A DNA stretch of 64,000 nucleotides. It comes from a virus. Location: the IMG/VR virus record IMGVR_UViG_3300021399_000164, positions 1,293 through 65,292 of that record; one strand, given 5' to 3'. The notes below the pieces were generated by a model. That model was not told the origin of the DNA. It was given only the letters and a program-made list of their open reading frames with translations, and did no database searches. This document shows positions 18,303-26,296 of the stretch, piece by piece. The translations under genes and the position numbers were made by a program. Position 1 is the stretch's first letter; each line of letters begins with the position of its first letter.

Positions 18303-18372
18303 TTGTGGGCCGTGGCTGATTCGAACAGCCGCAAAGCTAGTCAGAACTAGCAAAGCACCGAATTAACGGCCC
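18303..18372 (-). ncRNA. tRNA-like element without D-stem or canonical anticodon loop
   Basis: GGGCCGT/ACGGCCC acceptor then A-CAA, GCTAG/CTAGC arm, T-arm GGCTG TTCGAAT CAGCC. Confidence 0.65.
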
Positions 18373-18381
18373 AACCTGAAT

Positions 18382-19029
18382 TTAGGCAATTTCCGCCAAT
18401 TTAGTATTCATTTCGCATTCTGAAATTACGCCCTGATTATAGGCGGCAATGATGGCGGCGGCGGCGCGCTGCTGCTCACGCTCGCGCTTTGCGGCTGATT
18501 TGGCGGCTGCTGCTAGCTGCTGCTCGTTGATTTTCACGATTTCAGCGAAAGCGCCCAAAAATCCTAGAAGCGTGAAAGGAATTGGCTGTAATACGCCGTA
18601 GCCGTTTTCGGTTTTAACCACATCACGGCCTTTCGTGTCGAAACGCACATCTACTGTGTCCGTGTCGTAGTCAAAGACAGGGGCATTATCGAGCTCTTCA
18701 GGCGTAAAGAATTGGCCCATCAGGGCAAACGAATGCAATTTTCGCGGCAAGGAATAGCAGAACCGGCCGCGGCTATCCTTAGTAAGCAAGTCAGCGCAAA
18801 AGCCATAACGGCCGCCCACGCCCTTTGCTTTAGCAATATCCTTGATTTTGTCACATACAACCTTTACGTTTTTGTGCTCGCAAAACTCATTCTTTTTAGC
18901 TAATTTAGTCAGCGAATTAATGTAGAAAAACGGACTGATATTCTTGATATCAGATTTTGCGTTGTTGATAACCTGACTAGTTGTTGCCTTGCTGTTGGCC
19001 TTGTTTGTTTTGTTATTAGAAGTTTTCAT
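18382..19029 (-). CDS. hypothetical protein, first gene of the leftward transcript
   Basis: 215 aa, ATTATG start directly after the promoter at 19095-19127. Confidence 0.7.
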   Translation of the reverse strand: MKTSNNKTNKANSKATTSQVINNAKSDIKNISPFFYINSLTKLAKKNEFCEHKNVKVVCDKIKDIAKAKGVGGRYGFCADLLTKDSRGRFCYSLPRKLHSFALMGQFFTPEELDNAPVFDYDTDTVDVRFDTKGRDVVKTENGYGVLQPIPFTLLGFLGAFAEIVKINEQQLAAAAKSAAKREREQQRAAAAIIAAYNQGVISECEMNTKLAEIA

Positions 19030-19094
19030 AATTAAAAAAAGATTTTAAATGTTATTAAAAAATTGTTTTGTTGTCGCTGTTTTCAAAATTGTAT

Positions 19095-19127
19095 TGCAAA
19101 GTTACGACTATCTTTTTGTTCTGTCAA
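19095..19127 (-). promoter_or_regulatory. leftward promoter lacking the conserved box
   Basis: Minus strand TTGACA...TAACTTTGCA. Confidence 0.65.
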
Positions 19128-19409
19128 TAGTTTAGTGTAATTATTTTTTTCAATTTAAATGTTTTTAACAATTAAGAAAATAACTTTCTCTATAAAAATA
19201 TCACTATCATTTTCATTTATAGGTAGTTATAAAGAAAGTGAAAAATATCTGCATTTTTACCAATTAACAAATTTTAAGTCAGAAAAGGACAATAAATTTA
19301 GCAAAAAAAGTAATATCGTACAAAAAGCAAATTTTAAGAATCTGACAAAATGTAAGCAAAATAAACAATTTAGTAACATTTTGTAAAGTAAAATGCCTTT
19401 TTTACTTAC

Positions 19410-19452
19410 TGACACTTTTACGATTTGACACTTTTTACGTATTGACACTTTT
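19410..19452 (+). repeat. three direct repeats TGACACTTTT
   Basis: Copies at 19410, 19426 and 19443. Confidence 0.8.
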
Positions 19453-19595
19453 ATTTTGTGTACTATTTTACTTTTTTTCTGTCAATTATCAGAATAAAAA
19501 AACACTTATTTTAAATGCCTGAAAAACAAACAAAAACAACCTATTTTCTTTGCATGCTGCTTAAATAGTGAAAGATTAAAAATATACAATGCAAA

Positions 19596-19955
19596 TAACT
19601 AAAAATCAGCAATCTAATAACAAAATATGCGAGAATATTGTATATTTTACCAAAATTGCATAAAAATTGAATATTACAACAACAGAAATAAACCTGAAAG
19701 AATGCATCTATATAGTTAGTATTACTATTTACTAATTATAGTTTGTGTGTAGTTAGTAAATAGTAGATAGTTAGTAATAGTGTGTATGTAGGTAGTTAAA
19801 ATAAATCAATATATTATAAAGATATTCTTATATAGATTTATTCTAATTAGTAAATCAGGTATATTTTAAACAATTAACTGAAAATCAATGATATATCAGC
19901 ATTTTAGGCAATTTGAAACGAACAATATATTTTGTCTAAATTACTGAAAATCAGC
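19596..19955 (+). repeat. three dispersed repeats TwACTrAAAATCA
   Basis: Copies at 19596, 19875 and 19941. Confidence 0.65.
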
Positions 19956-20494
19956 GAGTTGATACCGGTACATCTTCATTTTTCAGGTGGCGGGGGGGGG
20001 CGTGTGCGGCGGCGGCAGGGATGGTGCATATCACCCTCTTGTCGAAAAAAAAATTTCCGAAAAAAATTTTCAGAAAAACGAAAAAACGGAAAATTTGTTT
20101 GTTTGTCATTTATATTGTTTATTGTTTTGGTTGATTAAATTAAGAATTGTGCTTGATTTAGTGTCTGCGGTGCGTTGTATTGCGTTTTATTTATTCAGAT
20201 GATAAATTGTCCATCTTTTTATTTTTCGTGCGTTACATGGCATTTTATGGAATTTTTGCTTAATTAGTTATAATTTTGCATGTTTTTTTTGTTTATGGGG
20301 TATAAAAAATTTCTTTTTTTTTGTTTTTTTTCTTTTTTTTATAGTACATAGTACATAGTGTTTAAATATATTAGTTATGCATACTAGTATAGTGTTTTAG
20401 TTAATTGTTATTGTTAATATTTAGTAGTTGTTGTATTTATTTTTATATATTATATATATAATAGTTGTTTTGTTGTTTTTATTTTGCCAAAATA

Positions 20495-20528
20495 TTTGGA
20501 GTATTTAAAATTTTTCTTTAACTTTGCA
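20495..20528 (+). promoter_or_regulatory. rightward promoter, variant box
   Basis: TTTGGAGTATTTAAAA-N8-TAACTTTGCA. Confidence 0.75.
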
Positions 20529-20643
20529 GAAGGAAATCGCAAAACAGGTTATAAGATATAAATATATAGGCAGGTGTTTTTTGATTTTGGTGAAGTGTTT
20601 TTTGTTTAAAAAATATATCAACAAACGTTTTATTTTTATTTTT

Positions 20644-21411
20644 ATGGAAGTAATGAAGATTGATTACACGGAAGGTTGCAAGTTGCGTGTTGTGACGTTG
20701 TTTAGTGGTTATGACAGTCAATGTTTGGCATTAGACCGTTTGCGTCGTGTTTATCCAGAGTTCGCATATGAGTTGGTCGGTTGGTGTGAGATAGACCGTG
20801 GTGCGATAGTTGCCCATAACGCATTATATCCAGAGGCTGTGGATTTGAATTTGGGTGACATAAGTTTGGTTGACGCGAAAGATGTGCCTGATTGTGATTT
20901 GATGACGTGGAGTTTTCCTTGTACTGACATAAGTGGTGCTGGTCGTCAGGCAGGATTGTCGAAGGACAGTGGTACCAGGAGCAGTTTGGCATGGGAGGCG
21001 TTGCGTATATTTCGTGTCAAGCGTCCGAAATATTTATTGATGGAGAACGTGTCTGATTTGGTTGGCAGTAAGTTCATAAAGGATTTTCACGCGTTGTTGC
21101 GTGAGTTGGATGACATAGGTTATGACAGTTTCACTCAGGTGTTGGACGCTCGTGATTATGGTGTGCCTCAGCACAGGGAGCGTGTGTTTGTGGTGTCGAT
21201 ATTGCGTGATGCTTGTGATGGTGTTCCGTATTATAATTTTCCAGAGCCGTTTGGTTGTGAGAAGGTGTTAGAGGACTTATTGGAGGATGAGGTTGACCGC
21301 AGTTATTATTTATCGAAGGACAGGGTATTGAATTTTTCTGATGGTTCGGAATTGTCTGATTCTGATTCTGATTTTGGTATGTTGTTTGATGATGTTGAAG
21401 AAATAGATTAA
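20644..21411 (+). CDS. C5 cytosine DNA methyltransferase, N-terminal part (motifs I-VIII)
   Basis: LFSGYD, CEID, GDI, SFPCTDIS.AG, MENV, YGVPQHRERVF; stops before motifs IX-X; start moved to the ATG at 20644. Confidence 0.9.
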   Translation: MEVMKIDYTEGCKLRVVTLFSGYDSQCLALDRLRRVYPEFAYELVGWCEIDRGAIVAHNALYPEAVDLNLGDISLVDAKDVPDCDLMTWSFPCTDISGAGRQAGLSKDSGTRSSLAWEALRIFRVKRPKYLLMENVSDLVGSKFIKDFHALLRELDDIGYDSFTQVLDARDYGVPQHRERVFVVSILRDACDGVPYYNFPEPFGCEKVLEDLLEDEVDRSYYLSKDRVLNFSDGSELSDSDSDFGMLFDDVEEID

Positions 21412-21415
21412 GATT

Positions 21416-21631
21416 ATGTATAAGCGAGTGATTCCAGTTTTGCATCGTTTTCTTGTAGATTGCAAGAAAGACGGTCGGGTCGGCAAGTATTACATAGATT
21501 GTCAGTTTGGCAGGGTGGGTTATGTTGATGACAAGATAAGTGGTACGATAAACACCCGTGTAGATGCGTCTGGTGCAACATTTTTGGTTGAGGTGTATGG
21601 AAAAGTTCATAATGCAGAAGCAGGGTCGTAA
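21416..21631 (+). CDS. MTase variable-region-like mini-ORF a
   Basis: ISGTINTR...TFLVEVY. Confidence 0.55.
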   Translation: MYKRVIPVLHRFLVDCKKDGRVGKYYIDCQFGRVGYVDDKISGTINTRVDASGATFLVEVYGKVHNAEAGS

Positions 21632-21908
21632 GGGTGGCAAGATGCGGTTATTCAAGATTTATTCGCCCACGATTTGTTGTAATTATTTTAGTGATATGGT
21701 TCCGTATGTTGTGATAAGTAGGCAAAGGGCGGTTATTTCGCGTCGCAGTTGTGCTTTACGTAAGCGTTTTCGTGCTGACGGTACTACGGCCAGGTATTTG
21801 GAGATAGGTACTGACAAAGGTGTTTCGTTGTGTTTGTCTTCAAATTTTGTTGAAAAAGATTCGGTTATATTGGAAATATATGATAAGAAAGTTGATAAAC
21901 GTATGTGA
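21597..21908 (+). CDS. MTase variable-region-like mini-ORF b (two units)
   Basis: YSPTICC...PYVV and LEIGTDKGVSLCLSS..VEKDSVILEIY. Confidence 0.6.
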   Translation: MEKFIMQKQGRKGGKMRLFKIYSPTICCNYFSDMVPYVVISRQRAVISRRSCALRKRFRADGTTARYLEIGTDKGVSLCLSSNFVEKDSVILEIYDKKVDKRM

Positions 21909-22095
21909 CGATGGCAATGCTCGTACGATTTTAAGCGGTTGTTTCAAGTTCGGTTGGAAGAATCTGCTGAATTACGGTGGGGCGTCTATGACATACGTTA
22001 TTGAAATTTATTGGAAAAAGAAAGTTAAAACCATACATGATAGTAGGCAGTTTGCAGAGAAACGCTGCGAAAGTACTTCTAAATCAACGATTTAG
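21880..22095 (+). CDS. MTase variable-region-like mini-ORF c
   Basis: INVCDDGNARTILSGCFKFG..N...MTYVIEIY. Confidence 0.6.
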   Translation: MIRKLINVCDDGNARTILSGCFKFGWKNLLNYGGASMTYVIEIYWKKKVKTIHDSRQFAEKRCESTSKSTI

Positions 22096-22191
22096 GGGGG
22101 GTATTGTCCTACGATTGGCACGACTGATGTCGGATTGCCAATATTAATATTGGTAAGAAATGAAAGAAAAGAGACTGATACAGTTGTTTAA
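22037..22191 (+). pseudogene. mini-ORF d interrupted at a G7 tract
   Basis: MIVGSLQRNAAK... and ...GYCPTIGTTDVGLPILILV lie in different frames across G7 (22095-22101); G8 would join them. Confidence 0.5.
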
Positions 22192-22330
22192 TTTGTTCCC
22201 TGACAGGTTCCATGGTCGTTGTGACAGGGGAAAAGTATTTAGCGTGAAGGGTGTTGCCCCGACAATACACACTATGGGTGGTGGTATGTTAGAGCCGAAG
22301 ATAATAAAAGTGAATGGAAAGTATTTATGA
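22160..22330 (+). CDS. MTase variable-region-like mini-ORF e (not in ORF track)
   Basis: GKVFSVKGVAPTIHTMGGGMLEPKII, the typical phage Dcm variable-region unit. Confidence 0.7.
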   Translation: MKEKRLIQLFNLFPDRFHGRCDRGKVFSVKGVAPTIHTMGGGMLEPKIIKVNGKYL

Positions 22331-22566
22331 AGAAACTTGGAATCAGGATATGTAACGGTGTTGACATGACAAGGAGTTGTTCTTGTCAGATTCGTGGCGG
22401 TGTGCGTGGCTTTGACGACAGGACAAATGCGATAGACACGTTTTCTAACGACACATTCCCTACGATTCGTACAATAAGCGGTTTTGTTGGTGTGATAATA
22501 CCTAAGCAACATAAAGTATGTGGATTTGGCGATACCCGAGAGGTTTGTTCTGTGGCGGATTCATGA
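22327..22566 (+). CDS. MTase variable-region-like mini-ORF f
   Basis: TFPTIRT; ATGA overlap with ORF e. Confidence 0.55.
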   Translation: MKKLGIRICNGVDMTRSCSCQIRGGVRGFDDRTNAIDTFSNDTFPTIRTISGFVGVIIPKQHKVCGFGDTREVCSVADS

Positions 22567-23096
22567 AAGTTGGTGAAATGCCGACAATATCTTGTTCTTC
22601 TTTTGAGCACAACAATTATTTAGTAATTCAAGATAAAATGAACAAAATGGGAACTGGAATAACGGTCGGTAAATTAAGACCGACAAAAGGTAAGGTTCAT
22701 CAGCAGGACTTTGTGCAACGTTCAGATGGTGTATGCCGTGCGATTCCAGCTGGAACGCATGGGTCGACGCCGCATTTGCTGAAGACTATAATAATTAACA
22801 AAAAAAACAAGAAAATGGAAACAAAGAAAGAAAAAAAGAGTTTGATTCCTTTGACATTGCCGAAGGAGCTTGAGGATTTGGATTTTGAGATACGCAAGTT
22901 GACGCCTAGGGAGTGTTTCAGGATTATGGATGTTGATGACGCGGACATTGACAAGATTCAGTCGACAGGATTAAGCAAGAGCGCCCAATATAAGTTGGCT
23001 GGAAATTCGATTTGCGTGAATGTTTTGTATCATTTGTTCAGAAAAATGTTCATCGAGAAAGAAAATGAGTCTCGTCAATTGAATTTGTTCGGATAA
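22518..23096 (+). CDS. C5 methyltransferase C-terminal part (motifs IX-X) with two variable units
   Basis: MPTISCSSFEHNNYLV; DGVCRAI; IRKLTPRECFRIM; QYKLAGNSI. Confidence 0.88.
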   Translation: MWIWRYPRGLFCGGFMKVGEMPTISCSSFEHNNYLVIQDKMNKMGTGITVGKLRPTKGKVHQQDFVQRSDGVCRAIPAGTHGSTPHLLKTIIINKKNKKMETKKEKKSLIPLTLPKELEDLDFEIRKLTPRECFRIMDVDDADIDKIQSTGLSKSAQYKLAGNSICVNVLYHLFRKMFIEKENESRQLNLFG

Positions 23097-23098
23097 TT

Positions 23099-23132
23099 TT
23101 TTGAATATTCAAATTAATTGTTTACCTTTGCA
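23099..23132 (+). promoter_or_regulatory. promoter with palindromic box
   Basis: TTTTGAATATTCAAAT-N8-TACCTTTGCA. Confidence 0.8.
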
Positions 23133-23279
23133 TTGTAGAACGCATGAGAAAGCATTGTCAACCACAAAAGATGCTTTTGACTTATAGGATAAAGTTATAA
23201 CTGATTTGTGTAACTGGCGGGTATGAAGAGGAGTGGTTGCCTTGGATTATCCGCCAGCTGCCTTAACAACCACAATATT

Positions 23280-24149
23280 ATGATAGAAAACAACAATTAC
23301 ATTACGGTTTTGGGTTGGATGGTAAATGCCCTAGGATTAAGTGGCAATGAATTATTATGCTATTCTGTTATTTACGGCTTTTGTCAGGATGGTGAGAGTT
23401 GTTTTAATGGGAGTAGGAAATACATTTCAGATTGGTTGGGATGTTCGTTGCCGACAGTAGACAAAGTATTGAAGAGTTTAATGGAAAAGGGGTTGATAAC
23501 AAAGACGGTTGAAACACGGAACAAGGTTGTTTTCAACTCTTACAGAACAGTCAAAACATATCAGAATATTAAGTTTGGGGGGGTAGCAGAAAATTTTACA
23601 GGGTATAAAAATTCTTTACAGGGGTATAAAGAAATTTTACATGATAATAAAGATATATTAATAGATATAGAAAAAAAAGAAAATATACTAAAAGAAAAAA
23701 AAGACGAGCTTTTTGAGGAATGTTGGAAAGCATATCGGAGAAAAGGTAGCAAAGGAAAGTCGAAAACATATTGGGATAAGTTGACGAATGAAGAAAAGGA
23801 AATGGTGTTGCCGCATATAAGGGCATATGTTGAAAGCAGGGAAGTCAGATTTCAGAAAGACTTTGAGCGTTATTTACGTGACAAGATATTCAAGTCGGTA
23901 GTATATAAAGACAACAACGTGTCCTATGACCCATCAATGTTTATTGATGGAAAGTATATGCCTCAAGGTTTCAATATCTGGTATGATGAGGATTGCGGTA
24001 TGTATTGCAGCATGGACAATTTTTATGATGAAAGAATCTATGACGGGTATACTGACGAGAATCGTCCTGATGGTGCGAAGATAAAGCTTAACAATGCCCG
24101 TGGGGTTATAGTATGGGATAAGAAAACTAAAAAGTGGAACAAATACTAA
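23280..24149 (+). CDS. phage replication initiator (N-terminal winged HTH)
   Basis: NYITVLGWM...LSGNELL.YS.IYGF, L.EKGLI.K; C-terminal FEECWKAY.RK..K domain; upstream of the helicase. Confidence 0.75.
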   Translation: MIENNNYITVLGWMVNALGLSGNELLCYSVIYGFCQDGESCFNGSRKYISDWLGCSLPTVDKVLKSLMEKGLITKTVETRNKVVFNSYRTVKTYQNIKFGGVAENFTGYKNSLQGYKEILHDNKDILIDIEKKENILKEKKDELFEECWKAYRRKGSKGKSKTYWDKLTNEEKEMVLPHIRAYVESREVRFQKDFERYLRDKIFKSVVYKDNNVSYDPSMFIDGKYMPQGFNIWYDEDCGMYCSMDNFYDERIYDGYTDENRPDGAKIKLNNARGVIVWDKKTKKWNKY

Positions 24150-24160
24150 CAAGAAGAAAA

Positions 24161-26257
24161 ATGGACATTGACGAAATATATAAGTGGCATAAGGTCTTCA
24201 AACGGCCTGATGAACTGTTTGAGATAAGGATATTGGGTAAATTCCAATATAGCGGTTATTTCAAGTCGGTTGACAAGATGATTGACGCAATAAAGCCTTA
24301 TTGTGAATTAGATGATGAGCAGATTTATTTCACGTTGAATGAGATAAACGAGGCTTGTTATGGGAGACAGCAATGCGAGAAGATTGTGAAATCCCCGAAA
24401 GCGACAACTGCTGACGGTGACATAACTCGCAGACGGTGGCTTTTGATAGATTTTGACCCGAAGCGTGCGACTGGTGTCAATTCGTCTGATGAGGAGTTAG
24501 AACTGGCGCATAAGAAAGCGCAGAATGTGTTTATCTATCTTCGCAGATGCGGATTCGCAGACCCTGTGATATGTATATCGGGCAACGGATGGCATTTGTT
24601 GTTTCGGATAGATTTGCCGAATGACAATGAAACGACAGAACTTTTGAAGTCTTTCTTGCAGTCTTTGTCTGTGATGTTCACTGATAATGATGTTGAGATA
24701 GACGAGAAGGTGTTCAATGCTGGACGTATATGCAAGTTGTACGGCACGACCGCAAAAAAGGGGGCGAATCTTGACAACCGTCCGTGGCGTGAGGCGATGA
24801 TTGTCTATGTTCCTGACGAGATAAAAACGGTCACGATTGAGCAGATAAAGTCGGTGGCTGGCTTGTTGCCGAAAGAGTCTGTGCAACCTCTACCGTCAAA
24901 TTGGCACGGAAACAGGGATGAGAAATTTGACTTGGAATCTTTCTTGAATCAGCATAACATAGGATATAAGAAAGCTAATACCGCTGACGGAGTGAAATAC
25001 ATACTTGACCATTGTTTCTTCAATGAGGCACACAAAGGGAAAGATGCGGTGATATTCCAATATAACAGCGGTGCGATAAATTATATATGCTTACACAATT
25101 CTTGCAGGGGGCATACGTGGCGTGAGATGCGTCTTGCGCTTGACCCACACGCATACGATTATGAGAATCAGCCGAGGCAATACAGGCAGATAATTCCGCA
25201 ACAGGCAAAATATGTGCCGCAACAAAAGCCGAAATATGAAATCAAGGACGAGTTACCAGAACTTGGTGAGAAATGGTTGTCGATGTCAAAGATAAACAAA
25301 GTTGATTTGACGAAACTTGACAAGGTGAAGACTGGGTTTGTGGAATTGGACAAAAGGATTGGCGGACTTTATTTTTGTGAGGTGACAATTGTTTCTGGAA
25401 GTAATGCTAGTGGCAAATCAAGTTGGCTGAACACGTTATTGTTGAACATCATTCAGCAGGGATATAAGGTGGCATTGTGGTCAGGAGAGCTACGTGCGGA
25501 CATCCTCAAGTCATGGATTCAGATGGTGGCGGCTGGAAAACAATATTTACGTGAGTCGCAATATGATGATGGACGTTATTATGTTCCAGATGTCATAGGT
25601 GCTAAGATAGATGATTGGTTGGATGGCAAGTTTTACTTGTATAACAACGAATACGGAACGAAATCATCACAGATATTGAATGATATGGGGATATTGTTGA
25701 AAGCAAATATCAAAGTGTTTATTCTTGACAATATGATGTCAATGGATATAAGCGATTATGACGGGGATAAAAATGACAGGCAAAAAACATTTATTCTCAA
25801 CATAAAGGATTTTGCGATGAAGAATCAGGTGCATGTTATATTGGTTGCACACCCAAGGAAATCAATGGCATTTTTAAGGAAGACTGATATAAGTGGTTCT
25901 GGCGATATAACGAATGCCGTTGATAATTGCTTTATAATACATAGAACCAACGAAGATTTTATTCATGCAATTTCAGATTTTTACGACAATGGGAAAGCAA
26001 ATTATTTCAGGCAATTTGGCAATGTCTTGGCAGTTGAGAAGAATCGTCTTTATGGTGTTGTTGATTTAATGATTGGCATGCATTATGAAATTGAAAGTAG
26101 ACGATTCAAGAATACAGCTGATGAACAAGTGCATTATGGATGGGAAGAAATACCAGAACAACAACAAGTGACGTTTGAACAGCCCAAAGTTGTTTATGAT
26201 ATGCCAAAAAACAATATAGATTACTATTTGGACGATGATTCGGACAGACCATTTTAG
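24161..26257 (+). CDS. primase-helicase fusion (AEP-like primase, Zn motif, SF4 helicase)
   Basis: LIDFD, SGNGWH, C.F...H/CLHNSC, Walker A GSNASGKS, ILDN, LVAHPRK, DISGSGDI. Confidence 0.88.
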   Translation: MDIDEIYKWHKVFKRPDELFEIRILGKFQYSGYFKSVDKMIDAIKPYCELDDEQIYFTLNEINEACYGRQQCEKIVKSPKATTADGDITRRRWLLIDFDPKRATGVNSSDEELELAHKKAQNVFIYLRRCGFADPVICISGNGWHLLFRIDLPNDNETTELLKSFLQSLSVMFTDNDVEIDEKVFNAGRICKLYGTTAKKGANLDNRPWREAMIVYVPDEIKTVTIEQIKSVAGLLPKESVQPLPSNWHGNRDEKFDLESFLNQHNIGYKKANTADGVKYILDHCFFNEAHKGKDAVIFQYNSGAINYICLHNSCRGHTWREMRLALDPHAYDYENQPRQYRQIIPQQAKYVPQQKPKYEIKDELPELGEKWLSMSKINKVDLTKLDKVKTGFVELDKRIGGLYFCEVTIVSGSNASGKSSWLNTLLLNIIQQGYKVALWSGELRADILKSWIQMVAAGKQYLRESQYDDGRYYVPDVIGAKIDDWLDGKFYLYNNEYGTKSSQILNDMGILLKANIKVFILDNMMSMDISDYDGDKNDRQKTFILNIKDFAMKNQVHVILVAHPRKSMAFLRKTDISGSGDITNAVDNCFIIHRTNEDFIHAISDFYDNGKANYFRQFGNVLAVEKNRLYGVVDLMIGMHYEIESRRFKNTADEQVHYGWEEIPEQQQVTFEQPKVVYDMPKNNIDYYLDDDSDRPF

Positions 26258-26296
26258 AGATAATAAATAAATGTTCAACTAAATAATTTTCAAGAA

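Noticed and set aside
17564-18350. Short ORFs in the track (17564, 17603, 17703, 18159)
   Set aside because: Poor start contexts, mutual overlap on both strands and atypical composition; the region is better explained as structured RNA.
17378-18372. tmRNA, RNase P RNA or self-splicing intron identity
   Set aside because: Each tRNA-like element closes its own acceptor stem locally, and I found no tag ORF, RNase P conserved boxes or intron core motifs by eye; an Rfam search is still needed.
19159-20202. ORFs in the AT-rich divergence zone
   Set aside because: Low-complexity K/N/F-rich translations typical of non-coding AT-rich DNA.
20524-20643. TTG-initiated N-terminal extension of the methyltransferase
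   Set aside because: The TTG lies within the -7 promoter element; the ATG at 20644 or 20653 is more plausible.
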